DNA of 64,000 nucleotides from a bacterium (GCA_965207065.1 OZ242260.1:64001-128000); one strand, 5' to 3'. Shown: positions 43,810 through 54,764, numbered from the stretch's first letter. The notes: generated by a model not told the origin, from the sequence alone. Made by a program: numbers and translations.

Positions 43810-44490
43810 CGAATCCTCGTGTTGACATGAATGCCGCATGCCGGATTGTGTTTTCTGCCTCTCGTGAAAATCTCACCCTGTATCCGGAATGAACGGGCGG
43901 TCTCGATTGCCACGCTCGAATGACGACACTCCCCCCGGGCGTCCGTCCGCTCACGCCGTGACGGCGGTTACAGGCTGGCCACGGCTTCGTACGCCGTCCC
44001 GACGGGACGGGCCCGGCGCGTTGTTTTCGGGACCATTCAAGTCGACAGAAGAGCCTGGCGCTTCGAGTGCATGAACGGAATAATAATATCCACTTTTTCT
44101 CGTAGAAGACAACAAAATCATCTGCATCTGGTTGGTGGTGAGGCCCACTTCGTCGCCTCCGCCGACGGCCGACAGCAGCGCGAAGGGGTGTGCAAAATTT
44201 GCAATGCATCCGATATCTTTTTGATTACGGGCTTTAAAATGTAGATTTCACGCCATAATATAACAATTATAACGAGATAAATATCAACTAGATATAAGAA
44301 TTCAACGCTATTCCAAAAGAGTCCTCCATCTAAAAAGCCGGAAATTCGCAGGAAAATCCCTTTTTCTATGTAATCAGGAGGACTCACTAAATGATGTTCA
44401 AAGAGAAATCGATAAGCAAGCTTTACGCTTATGCCCTGGCGGCGGTGTTCGCGCTGACGCTGGCCGGCTGCGGCGGCGGCGGCGGAACGG
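43810..44490 (+). repeat. Conserved upstream block and 5' end of cassette B (direct repeat of 57256-57885)
   Basis: Aligned by eye; near-identical over the last ~300 bp. Confidence 0.9.
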
Positions 44491-46076
44491 CCGCCGTTGA
44501 AGAAGAGACGCCCGCCATGCCGACACAGCAGGAAATGTGTGAGGGTGACGGCGGTCGGTATAACGCGGACGGTTCATGCTCCTCTGCCGCGGAAGTTGCC
44601 GAAGAAGGCGCCCTGAGCGATGCGCAGGAAGCCGCCATGATGGCCTATATGAAGGCCAAGGATTATGTAGAAAGCGCGGTGGACCCTGTGGCGATGTCGA
44701 ACGCGTACAAATACGCGGCGATGGCCAAGGAATCTTCCGACGCGGCGGAGATGGCCACGACTTCCGCAATGGCCATGACTCACCAGACAGCGGCCGAGAA
44801 GTACCGTGACATGGCGATGGAAGCTTCCATGATGGACGGCCTGGGAATTACCATGCTCGCGAACAGGCAGTTGAACAAAGCGCCAGAAGATTTGCAGGAA
44901 CAGCCTGACCCGCCGAAACCCATCACGAATGTAAGAAATGTCCACGCCGAGATAAATACTGTTTCTCAGACTACGACTCCGAACAGCGACGGGGCTACCG
45001 TACCTACGGTCGCGGTAACTTACGCCGCAACGGCAACTAAACCAACCTTTACAATTACCGACTATGAGGCTGGCGAATCACCAAAGAGTTTCTCGATGGG
45101 AAGCTTCATGGGAACCGAATTGGTGAACATTGAGACTGATGTAGGTGGAGTGGCCGGAAGAACGAATGTCGTTCTTTATTCAGACAGGGCGCAAACTGAA
45201 TCTGTAACCAATTATGCCGATAGCGGAGACGATTTCGTTGATGTCGGCGCTCTGGTGGGTGGCGCAAATCATGTAACCTCACTGTCAGAGGGACAGATTT
45301 CAGGAGCGATGGGAGATAAGGTAGAGGGCACATATAATACGGATTCGAAAGACAATAACCCGGCTGTATCGGGCGCCTTCTACTGTTCTATGACTCTATG
45401 CACCTTGAACGTAAATTCCAAAGGAATGATAACCGCAAACGTCGGCTATCAATTCCGTCCGGAATCCGGCAAGACAACAAAAGATGATACAAGCTATCTC
45501 ACCTTGGGCTTCTGGCTTACCGCTCCCACCGCCTTGACTGCGGAAGGGGCGGCGCCTGGCGGTATCGTGGCAGGCGCTTTTGGGATGGGGCAAGGAACTG
45601 CTGTTGAAATACCGGCCGCGTTAGAAGAAACGGCCACCTATGAAGGTATCGCTACCGGCCTGTATGCAACAAAGGACGGTATCAGCTATTTCAGTGGCGA
45701 CGCCATGCTCGAGGCTAACTTTGGACAGGTAAAGGACCTGGCTGATGATGCTGATGATACTACCGCTGGTTTCCGGGGAAGTGTAAGCGGAAGCATTTCG
45801 AACATCACTGCTGGTGGAATGAAGATGGAAGGTGAGCTCGGCTTGTCTGCTGCGAATATAGCCGGTGATACAACTGGCACATATTCCGGAAATACAAAAG
45901 GCAGCGTAGGAGACAGCAGGTTTGTTGGAAGCTGGAGAGGAACATTCTATGAAGCAGGAAGAGCGACCACTCCAGCCGATTCAAGGTATCCGATGTCTAC
46001 GGCTGGAACGTTCAGCGGTTATGATGAATTCAACAACTCCAGCATCTTGGGCGCTTTCGGCGCGAACAAGCAGTAG
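44391..46076 (+). CDS. TbpB-like surface lipoprotein B1 (type 1)
   Basis: LAG-C lipobox, poly-Gly, YLTLGFWL, ATYEG, ends GAFGANKQ. Confidence 0.85.
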   Translation: MMFKEKSISKLYAYALAAVFALTLAGCGGGGGTAAVEEETPAMPTQQEMCEGDGGRYNADGSCSSAAEVAEEGALSDAQEAAMMAYMKAKDYVESAVDPVAMSNAYKYAAMAKESSDAAEMATTSAMAMTHQTAAEKYRDMAMEASMMDGLGITMLANRQLNKAPEDLQEQPDPPKPITNVRNVHAEINTVSQTTTPNSDGATVPTVAVTYAATATKPTFTITDYEAGESPKSFSMGSFMGTELVNIETDVGGVAGRTNVVLYSDRAQTESVTNYADSGDDFVDVGALVGGANHVTSLSEGQISGAMGDKVEGTYNTDSKDNNPAVSGAFYCSMTLCTLNVNSKGMITANVGYQFRPESGKTTKDDTSYLTLGFWLTAPTALTAEGAAPGGIVAGAFGMGQGTAVEIPAALEETATYEGIATGLYATKDGISYFSGDAMLEANFGQVKDLADDADDTTAGFRGSVSGSISNITAGGMKMEGELGLSAANIAGDTTGTYSGNTKGSVGDSRFVGSWRGTFYEAGRATTPADSRYPMSTAGTFSGYDEFNNSSILGAFGANKQ

Positions 46077-46094
46077 AAACAGAGTATAACGCCA

Positions 46095-46385
46095 TCATCG
46101 GCCCCGGGCTCTCTGAGCCCGGGGCCGGGGGTTCTCAAAGCAAACGATTTATTGGACCTGGTTTCAACCGCCCGCCCTCTTCTTTCCCGGAAGGGGACGT
46201 AACCCTCAGGGGGCAAGTGATGAAAATGCTCAGATATTCAGGATTGGCGGTACTTGTCGTGTGCATTGCGGCATTTGCCTCCGGTTGCGGCGGTGGCGGT
46301 GGCGGCGGTACTGCGGATGATATGACGACGGTGATGGAATGCCCGCAGGGCAAGATCGGCACGTACCCGGACTGCATGGATCCGC
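46095..46385 (+). repeat. Conserved intergenic spacer and type 2 5' end (repeat of 59543-59835), with hairpin GGCCCCGGGCTC-TCT-GAGCCCGGGGCC
   Basis: Near-identical in cassettes B and C while the flanking coding cores differ. Confidence 0.9.
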
Positions 46386-47923
46386 CAAAGACCGATGCTG
46401 ACAGGATAGCCGACGCGAGACGGGAACTTTCAATTATCCTTACGAATGCCCGGGCACGAGCGGGGGCGGCGAGTTCGGCCGCGGCCGCGATACGGACCAA
46501 TGCCGACGCCACGCCCGCTCAAATCACGGACGCCAACAGCGAGAGTAATACGGCGCAAAGCGCCCTGGCGCGTATCGTGAGCGCGAATACTGCGGCAACC
46601 CTGGCCACTACGCCGGCGGAGGCGAATACGGCGCTTACGGACGCGAGAGCGGCTCAAGTCACTCTCAACACATCCGCATCGGCAATATCCAGGATTCAGG
46701 GCGCCGTGCAAGCGGCCGCGAACCGTCGCAGACAACAGGCAGCGAACGAGGCCGTCTTGACGGGCGGGTCCTCGCTCATCAAGCACTTGAGGGACAACAG
46801 GAAAGTATCCGATGCGGTTCTGAGTGGACTAGCGGCCACTTCCCTCGTGGGGGGGGCAACAGGTTCTACTACAGGCACCGCCACTTATCCGTACCACAAA
46901 GGTGACCCCGCAACGCAATATCCAACCCCCAGGAATACAGATAGAGGCGTGCTGGGAGTAACGGTATCGGTCGGTACGACGCCCGTATCGTCGAATAGCC
47001 AGACGGGCAAAATCTCCGGGTCAGGGCGTCTCTCTAAAGGCTTCGACCTGAAAGACGGCGGTAGATTCGCCACTGTCTACACGGATATTACGGTAGACAC
47101 AAGGGTAAGGCAAAAAGATGGGAATACCGCCACAGATACTGCCACAGAGGACACTACTGTAGGGGATACTGACGACGGTATAGACCAGCGGTATCAGTAC
47201 GTCGCCGACGATGATTATCTGCTCGCCGGAATCTGGCTCGATGATGCAACTGCCAGCACTTCCACCCTGATGGCATTTGGGTTCGGGAGTCAGGCTCTAG
47301 CCGCGACTCACGATTTCTGCACCGCTGCTGATGTAACTAACACTACTTCGCTGTCTAGGGCGTGCGGTAATGCGACCGGTAGAAACTTTAACGAGATAGC
47401 CGGATTCGTTGACGAAAATGAGAGCACGGAAGCAACTTACCGCGGGGGTGTGAACGGCGCGTATTTCGCCGGCGGAAAGGCCAGCCATTTCAAGGCGAAT
47501 GTATCGCTCACGGCTACATTTGTGCGCGGAACCGGGACAGATGCTACGGGCAGCAAGATTTCAGGAGAAATCACGGGCATCAGCGCCGGTGGAAGTTCCG
47601 TCACGGGAAGCATTGATTTGAAGGAACAGGCGCTTGGAAATGACATCAGCGGCGCTTTTGGAACTGATGGGGCCGGTGGTGATGCCGCTGGCGTAATAGA
47701 GGGTCACGCCTATACCGGCAGCTGGAAGGGCCAGTTCTTCGGAATGAGAGCCAGGAAACTGACTCCCGTTACAACCGGAACAGTTGCTAATAACGATCGA
47801 ACAACAACGACAACCTACACCCCGGACAAGCCTGGTTCTGTTGCAGGCTCGTTTTACGTCAACAGACAGACGGTTGGCGAAGGAAACGCCGCCTTCATCG
47901 GGGCGTTCGGGGCGCACAGGTAA
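46217..47923 (+). CDS. TbpB-like surface lipoprotein B2 (type 2)
   Basis: ASG-C lipobox, poly-Gly, DYLLAGIWL, WKGQFFG, ends GAFGAHR. Confidence 0.85.
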   Translation: MMKMLRYSGLAVLVVCIAAFASGCGGGGGGGTADDMTTVMECPQGKIGTYPDCMDPPKTDADRIADARRELSIILTNARARAGAASSAAAAIRTNADATPAQITDANSESNTAQSALARIVSANTAATLATTPAEANTALTDARAAQVTLNTSASAISRIQGAVQAAANRRRQQAANEAVLTGGSSLIKHLRDNRKVSDAVLSGLAATSLVGGATGSTTGTATYPYHKGDPATQYPTPRNTDRGVLGVTVSVGTTPVSSNSQTGKISGSGRLSKGFDLKDGGRFATVYTDITVDTRVRQKDGNTATDTATEDTTVGDTDDGIDQRYQYVADDDYLLAGIWLDDATASTSTLMAFGFGSQALAATHDFCTAADVTNTTSLSRACGNATGRNFNEIAGFVDENESTEATYRGGVNGAYFAGGKASHFKANVSLTATFVRGTGTDATGSKISGEITGISAGGSSVTGSIDLKEQALGNDISGAFGTDGAGGDAAGVIEGHAYTGSWKGQFFGMRARKLTPVTTGTVANNDRTTTTTYTPDKPGSVAGSFYVNRQTVGEGNAAFIGAFGAHR

Positions 47924-47990
47924 CGAAGAAAAACGCCTCAGACCCCCGGGTGTAAGCTCCCAGGCCTGAGCGAAAGAAGGAGAGCGAAAA

Positions 47991-48093
47991 GGGGGTTGCC
48001 CGTTGGTTGCTTCCCTCGTGATGAAGCAAACTGTACCGTTCCTCGTCATGAGTTTGAGTCCTCGGACCGGGAACGGGAGTAACGGGCAGCCCC
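47991..48093 (+). ncRNA. Putative structured RNA, copy 2
   Basis: GGGGTTGCCCGTTG/TAACGGGCAGCCCC closing stem plus two internal hairpins. Confidence 0.7.
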
Positions 48094-48134
48094 TGTTCTT
48101 CTTATACGCGATTCGTAAGTGCTTGATATATGAG

Positions 48135-48195
48135 AAAAAGGGACCTCCCTCTCTCCCAGGATCGACTGAAATTGAGAGAGGGCGGTCCCTTTCTT
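48135..48195 (+). terminator. Terminator-like stem after the RNA
   Basis: AAAGGGACC.CCCTCTCTC...GAGAGAGGGCGGTCCCTTTCTT. Confidence 0.55.
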
Positions 48196-48755
48196 ATGTG
48201 GACATCTATCAAGTTATGCGGTCGATGTAGATGCAGGAGTTTTCCGTTCTGGCTACCGTTCTTCGGTGCCGCGTATGCCTTTTCTTGTTCGTGCCTGCCT
48301 GTCGCAAGAGCACGAAAAACCTCCTGGCGGGTTTTCGCATCCCTTACCTCCAGGGAGCATATCATCGCACCATTTGATTCATGGTTTCGAAGCCGACCCT
48401 CTTGAATCGATGAATTTGAAATCAGGCAATTACTGATTCATGTTCCCGCCTTCGTGGGGATGAAGCGGGGAAGCCTGACGATGGATTCACCCGTAAACCC
48501 CACCAAGAAAGCAAATAAAGCTGTTTTCGCCGGGAGGCGATGGCGCACCCGGCGTTCCGGCCCCCCCGGTATCCGGTTCCGGCGGAAAACGCATGGCCTT
48601 GATCGCACGCCTGCGCGCGTCTGTCGTAAAACCGTCGAAATTCCGTTTTCTATCTGGTTGAAATCCTCATATATTCGTCATCCAGGACCACGGGAGCGCC
48701 GGCTGGAAATCCCCGGCGCCGCTCCCGCGACACGCAAGATGGGGAGAGCGACTCT

Positions 48756-49335
48756 TTGGGAATCCGCGCACGAGACAGAAATCGCAACGGCCGGAGGGCC
48801 GTCCTGGATCCGGCCGCGTGGTACCGCTCCTTGTTCTTGGCGGCAGTCTTCGTCGTTTCCTTGTCGGCGCTGGCCTGCGTCGTCGGTCTCGCTCGCGACA
48901 CGACGGGCCATGACTGGCATGCGAGCGGCAAGCTCTTTTGGGCGGAAACACTGCTCGCACTAAACTTCGACCCCAGGACACAGGTCAAATACCGGACGAG
49001 GGAGGGCAAGGAAGTGACTATCGCCCGCGGCGACCTCACGTTCAGCGGCGAAGCACTGCTGGCGCGGGACCGTCTCCTACACACGGCGAAGCGGTCCGCC
49101 GAACTTGGCGCCTGGTGCGGCATCGGCGGCGCGCTGATATGCCTGGCGCTGGTCTGGTGTCATGAGGCCGAACGCGGCGAGCGGCACACGCCGCAGGAGC
49201 CTCGCAGGATGAGGCCGGACTCGGGTTCACCGACGCCCGCGGCCACGGCGCACGTTCGCGCACCGGCGGACCGGCCGAAGGGACCGGATGCTCCGCGGCC
49301 TAGGAAACCCCGTCCTGCGGGTACGGACCGCAGGA
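48756..49335 (+). pseudogene. Probable N-terminal fragment of a TraD-like coupling protein
   Basis: Two TM segments flanking a ~60-aa loop, then a Pro-rich linker; no ATPase domain. Confidence 0.4.
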
Positions 49336-49344
49336 CGGCGGCCC

Positions 49345-49830
49345 CAGGCTCACCCGACGGTGGAGCTTCGCATCTGCGATACCTGCCCGCGCCTCGAGGA
49401 CGCCGCGAGCATCATCGCCCTCTACGCCTCCCTGATCCGGTGGCTGGCGCGCCTGGACGGCGAGGGCCGCCTGCCGCCCGAGCCGCCCACGGAGATCATC
49501 GCCGAGAACCGCTGGCTCGCCCAGCGGTACGGTGTGCTGGCCTTTCTCGGCGACATGGACCTTGGAGGGCGGGTGGACATCGAGGACTACGCAACGGAAC
49601 TGATCGAGAAACTCACCCCCGACGCCCGGGCGCTGGCGTGTGAGGATCAAATGCGCCACGCGCTCACCATCATCCGGGAGGGCAGCAGCGCAGACCGGCA
49701 AGTCGATCATTTCCGTCTTTGCCGCCTGAATGGCGAAAGCCGCGAAGAGGCCATGCGCTCCGTGGTGGATATGGTGCTCGCCGAAACCCGGGGGAGGGTG
49801 TCCTCTGAACGCCCGGACGGCTCGAGGTGA
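49345..49830 (+). pseudogene. C-terminal fragment of a YbdK-type carboxylate-amine ligase
   Basis: HPTVELRICD, ENRWLAQRYG, GSSADRQ. Confidence 0.8.
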
Positions 49831-50105
49831 AACGGAGGCCTCCCGCAGAGCGCACTCCGGTTTCCGTTCCGATAGAAACAAATCACTCTAAATGGGGTCC
49901 GAACGGCGAGGGGATCGGCGTAAACGCCGGCGGGCGGATGGATTCCATGTGAGCGATGTTCACGAGTCGCCCGTCAGGACAGGCGCTTCAAATCCGGTGA
50001 TCATCCAGGGCCGGGTGGAAAGCATGGTTTGTGATCCCCATTTTCTATTATGGGATATCCGGTGGCAAGCGGCTAGGATTGCGATTTCATGAGCGGGTCA
50101 TTGGG

Positions 50106-51227
50106 ATGAGAATCCTGGGACGGATCATGTGTCTTGCCGCGGCGCCTTTTCTGCTTGCGGGATGTGTGATCACTACCGGCCTGGGAGGGGCCGTGGGCGG
50201 AGCGCTGGCGATTTATCGCGCCCTGGAGATTACAGTCGTGACAGGCAAGGCGTTGTCGCCCAGGGAGCAGTCGGGCTAAGACGCCCGGTACGGTGAAATC
50301 GCGGAATGGGGCGAACCGCAAAGAATCGGCTGTTTTTCCGGGCCGGAAAGGCAAAAAGCCACGGCGAGCGGTGAATTCCTCGCACTGGAGATCGGGCGAA
50401 AAACACGCATGTTCCTGACGAATGCGAACGCTCGGGGTTGCCGGATTAGGCACCAGGGTGGAGCCCGCTCCATCGAACTCGGCGCGCCGACTCAAGCGTC
50501 ATTCGTTAACGTTTGCCGCGACCCCGTCTCCGGCCGTGATCATGCGTTGGTTCTCACGTCCGTCGGCGTACGATCGAGCGTCCAGGTCTGGTCCGTCGAA
50601 CCTGCGACGTAAACCCCGGTTTTTCTGTTTTCGGAGGATTTGGCGACAGTGAAGGATCGGGCCGGCGACGAATGGGGAATGGAGCGTCTGGTCGCTGCTG
50701 ACGGGGCCTGCCTCTGGAGAGGCCTGCGAGCCGCACGCAAGACCACCAGCGCCGCTATATCCGTCCTGGGCGTAGGCCGAGTGAATCGAGGTTCCGATGG
50801 AGGGGTCGTCCGTATTGCCGACACGCGGGATTCCGGCCGCGACGGCTCCGAAGAAAAAACGGTCTATGCCGACGACGCTGGGAGAAGCTCCTGGCGCATC
50901 GTCCAGGCGTTCGGCTCGGCCTCGTGCGAAACGGCGGAGGTGGTTCTCGTGCTGGACCGCCGCAGGAGTGCCTGGAGGTCGGTGTAAGATTTTGCGCCTG
51001 CGCATTCGAAATGTTTGAATTTTCCCTTGCGGGGCATGGTTGTGAGAGGTGACCGCCTGTTCGCCCGGATATGTGCGGATTGCGAATCGGACGGGCGCCG
51101 GGACTTCGTGATCGATTTATGCTCGTTCACGCTGAAGCGCCTGGATTCGGGAACCAGGCAGCCGGGAGCCGGCCCGACGAGAAATCCGCCGATCCCCGAC
51201 ATCGTCAAGGAGGTTTTCAGGGAATAG
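50106..51227 (+). pseudogene. Lipoprotein gene interrupted by three in-frame TAA codons
   Basis: LAG-C lipobox; one frame throughout, with stops at 50277, 50610 and 50985. Confidence 0.6.
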
Positions 51228-51824
51228 TCGATGACCGCCAAGAACGCACCGCACCCAGGCTCCGCCTTCCCGTCTCTTCCTTCGACAAGCCAATCAGAAA
51301 CGACGTCGGAGAAGGCGAGAGGCTTCACACTTCACCTCCCGAGTGGCAAGCAAACGCACGAACGACTCAAACACGCTCGCCGCGGAGGAGAGCAATACCC
51401 TGGACCACGGCGCGTAGTTTAAAGGACATCGATATTCAGAGCCGCAAGCAGCAGATGTATCGTGTCTCGGAGAGTTATGGGGAATTCGACGAATCTGTTC
51501 TTGCGCGTCGATATATACCGCACTTAATGAACGTTTGGTGTTTTGAGGTTCGTCGAGACGGTTCCGGGTCTTAGGTTTGCAGGTTGAATTGCTCCGTGAG
51601 AGTGGCGTTGCGCCACGAAACGGTTGCAGGCCCGATGGCATGAATATGATTTCTTGAAGAGAAAGCTCTCATGCCGGGAGCTTGCCGTACCGGGCCTGAT
51701 TAATGTTTGGAGAAGTTGAGCATATAATAGATAATACCCGGCGAATCGGGGGAACCCTGACGACCACGCCTCCCTGTCGATCCCCGGTTTCCTGTACGGT
51801 GTCACGAATCGAGAGGCCGGCGCA

Positions 51825-52319
51825 ATGAAACCTGTCGTATACATCGAAACATCGGTCATCAGCTATCTCGTTGCGCGTCCCTCACGGGATGTCGTGGTTG
51901 CCGCATATCAGGAAGTGACGCGCGAATGGTGGCGAGTGGCGGCGAGTAGATTCTCACTTGTTGCATCGGAGCTTGTCGTCACGGAATCGGGAGCGGGCGA
52001 TAAAGAAGCTGCCCGTGAGCGTTTGGAGGCGCTAAAGGCCGTTACGCTTCTCAACGTTACCGAGGAAGCCGAGGATTTTACCCGACGTCTGCTTGTTCTT
52101 GGCGCGGTCCCGGGCCAGGCCGCCGTTGACGCCGCGCATATCGCCTTTGCGTCCACGAACGACGCGGATGACCTGATCACGTGGAACTTCCGACATATCG
52201 CCAATGCCGCGATACGCTCAAGAATCGAGCGGGCATGCCGTCAGAACGGCTACCAACCGCCGATTATCTGTACCCCAAGCGAACTGATGGAGGTGGATCA
52301 TGAATCCGATAACGACTGA
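51825..52319 (+). CDS. PIN-domain (VapC-like) protein
   Basis: VYIETSVISYL, DAAHIA, LITWNFRHI. Confidence 0.88.
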   Translation: MKPVVYIETSVISYLVARPSRDVVVAAYQEVTREWWRVAASRFSLVASELVVTESGAGDKEAARERLEALKAVTLLNVTEEAEDFTRRLLVLGAVPGQAAVDAAHIAFASTNDADDLITWNFRHIANAAIRSRIERACRQNGYQPPIICTPSELMEVDHESDND

Positions 52320-52497
52320 CCCCATCATCGCCGAAGTTCGGGCGATTCGTGACGAATACGCTGCCCGGTTCAACTATGATGTGGGTGCGATCTTTCGCGA
52401 CATCAGGGACAGGCAGGAGACTTCCAACCGCAGCTATGTAAACTATCCACCGCGCCGCACAATTGATGAATTTAACGAATCGTCAATTTCAGAATAG
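52300..52497 (+). CDS. Small partner of the PIN protein
   Basis: DPIIAEVRAIRDEYAARFNYD; overlaps the PIN gene. Confidence 0.7.
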   Translation: MNPITTDPIIAEVRAIRDEYAARFNYDVGAIFRDIRDRQETSNRSYVNYPPRRTIDEFNESSISE

Positions 52498-52754
52498 GGT
52501 TTGCTGAAGAATCGGGATAGGGAATGGTTCGTATTCAGGTTCAGGCGGTTTGGCTCACACCGGGGACATGGTGGAATTTGTGCTTGCCACGGGCATCCAG
52601 AGGGTTCTCCAGAGAGCGGCAGGCTGTTAACGGTTGCCTTGATTACATGGACAAAGAAAACTAAATCGTTCTTTAAAATCTACCATCAAGGCGCTGCAAT
52701 GGAAGCAAGGATAGACGCCCTTTAAAAAAAGTAACTGCTTCCGAAAGGTTATTA

Positions 52755-52861
52755 GGGGTTGTCCGTTGGTTGCCTCTACATCGTCGGGAGGTAAATTGTA
52801 CCGTTTTCCTGGTTAAGAGTTTGAGTCCTCTCACCGGGAATCGGGAACAACGGGCAACCCC
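52755..52861 (+). ncRNA. Putative structured RNA, divergent orphan copy 3
   Basis: Same fold with compensatory changes; invariant GAGTTTGAGTCCTC. Confidence 0.7.
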
Positions 52862-52989
52862 ACTTTTTGTAGCCGCTTTATAGGAAACCCTCCTGCCAGG
52901 GCGACCTTGAGGAGAAGCGGTGAGTCGCATGTTGAGATCGTCGAACGGCTGCAAATAGGAAAGCTGAACCATTACAAAAAAGGCCTGCT

Positions 52990-53600
52990 CAAAAAGATCG
53001 AAGATCGCGGAGGCAGTAGCAAGGATCTGATCGAAGCACTCCTCTACAAGCTGTGGCACTCCTATTGGGAGAAAGACCGAGCCGCCGATACCGACAGCGA
53101 TACACCGGAGTCGGCCCGCGCTGCATCCGGGTCGGGGAGCAGGTTGCCCGCCAGAATCGCATGAAGGTTGAGCATCGTGTGGCGATTGAAGCCGATGTTC
53201 TCCGCCGAATCAACGAGAAACTCGATTGCTTCATTATGGTTGAGGATCATCTGCGCTTCGTGTCGTTCCTTTCCTTCCGCTTCTTCACCGAGCTCAGGCA
53301 GACGCGTAGTATCGAGCAGAAAATAGGTGTTTCCCTCGAGACGGCTCGAGTTCCAGGCCAGATCGATTAACAGCCAGTTCAAGGTTTTTTTGACGTAGGC
53401 GCCGTCAGGCTGCGCCTCCATCTCCGGCCTTCCAACCTTGTGGAGGTTCGACCGCTCCGTATCTGAGAGACAGAAGGTGTCGTTGGGCCGGTGAGAATTA
53501 AGGAATTCCCGGTTATACCCGACCGGCTTACGTGACTGGTGGGCCGGTGGACATACTTCCGAATCTCGATGCTGGGACCGGAGATTGGCGGCAGGACTTC
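52990..53600 (-). pseudogene. Fic-family protein relic
   Basis: LIDLAWNSSRLEGNTY, EAQMILNH, LHAIL; frameshifted, Fic motif absent. Confidence 0.7.
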
Positions 53601-54159
53601 GAGACGTGCTCTAGCTGTGGAGTCTCCTGCAGGCACTTGTGGGCCTCCAGCGAAACCGCTCTTGGTACGCCGTAGCGCGCTCAGCGGCCCGAGCCCTTCA
53701 CGAACAGACGATTGGCATCGACGAGAGAGACTTTAGGCGGTATTGCAGGGTAGGCGCGGCGGAGCGGACTTCAGTGCCTCGCTAATGCTGCGCGGTCATG
53801 TCTACTGGATGCCCACGAACGATCTCCTCGATTGCTCGCAGGTTTTCTTCTTGTACATGCCTCTCCACGTTTCTCTCCAAATTGCGCGTATATCTATACA
53901 CACAATTCAAGGCATCTACGCGCAGCTTTGAACTGTACGCGCAAACAATCTGGCGCGTATTCCTATAATGTTACGTGTAGAACACCTGGCGCAGCTTTGG
54001 AATCTGAATCTCTACCGGCAACCCTCGCCCGGGGGTTACGAAAAACAGGAGGCTCACTTTCCAGATTGACGAGGCCGAGATCGAAATCGCCGACCTGAAC
54101 CATGAAGACTATCACTGGATTGGGAGAATGATGATGTGTGCAACCGGTGGTATACGAAT

Positions 54160-54430
54160 GAAGAACCCGGCTCATACGGCGGCTTCGTAAAGAGCGAGAT
54201 CATCGAAGCGCTCGGCTTGTCGGTGACCGAAGCGGCAAGGGATTTGGGAGTCACTCGTCCGGCGCTCTCCGCACTACTCAACGAGCGCGTGGTTCTCTCG
54301 CCCTTTACGGCGCTCCGGATAGATAAGGCGTTCGGCGTCTCGATGGACACGCTGATGCGGATGCAGAAGAACGGCTGCGACATCGCCCGGGCGCGAAGGC
54401 GAAATCGACCTCGTCCCCTATAAAGGGCAG
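54160..54430 (+). pseudogene. Degenerate HigA antitoxin
   Basis: GGFVKSEIIEALGLSVTEAARDLGVTRPALS...ALRIDKAFG. Confidence 0.75.
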
Positions 54431-54551
54431 GTCGTTTGAGGCGTATTGGAAGTTGGGTGAAAACGTTTCCAGAATTGCCGCCGTGCACCGACGCTCCTGC
54501 AATGCCTCTTGTTCACAGACCCAATATCTCGCCGGTAGAGCCGCCTTGCGA

Positions 54552-54764
54552 TCACGCGAGCATCAGGCGCTCGCCCTTGGGTTGCGGAACGGCGCGTCCC
54601 AGTTCCTTCGCCCGTTCAATCCAGAACTGCATGGCGTTCTTGATATTCCGCAACGCAGTTTCCTGATCGTCGCCGTGAGCCGTGCATCCGGGCAATTCGG
54701 GCGCCTCGGCGATGAATGCCTGATCTTCGTTGCTCCAATAGATGATGATCTCGTACTTGTGCAT
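54552..54764 (-). CDS. hicB: HicB-family antitoxin
   Basis: AFIAEAPELPGCTAHGDDQETAL. Confidence 0.88.
   Translation of the reverse strand: MHKYEIIIYWSNEDQAFIAEAPELPGCTAHGDDQETALRNIKNAMQFWIERAKELGRAVPQPKGERLMLA

Noticed and set aside
46285-46310. Poly-Gly codon tract as a phase-variation switch
   Set aside because: The B2/C2 difference is one whole codon, so the frame is unaffected
47991-48093. Retron msr-msd, DGR template or hammerhead ribozyme reading of the structured RNA
   Set aside because: No reverse transcriptase in the window, no adenine-specific repeat pair, and the GUGAUGA stretch is not conserved across copies and lacks the hammerhead core
48756-49643. Single 295-aa protein
   Set aside because: Its tail is an off-frame reading of the YbdK fragment; this is a junction of two relics
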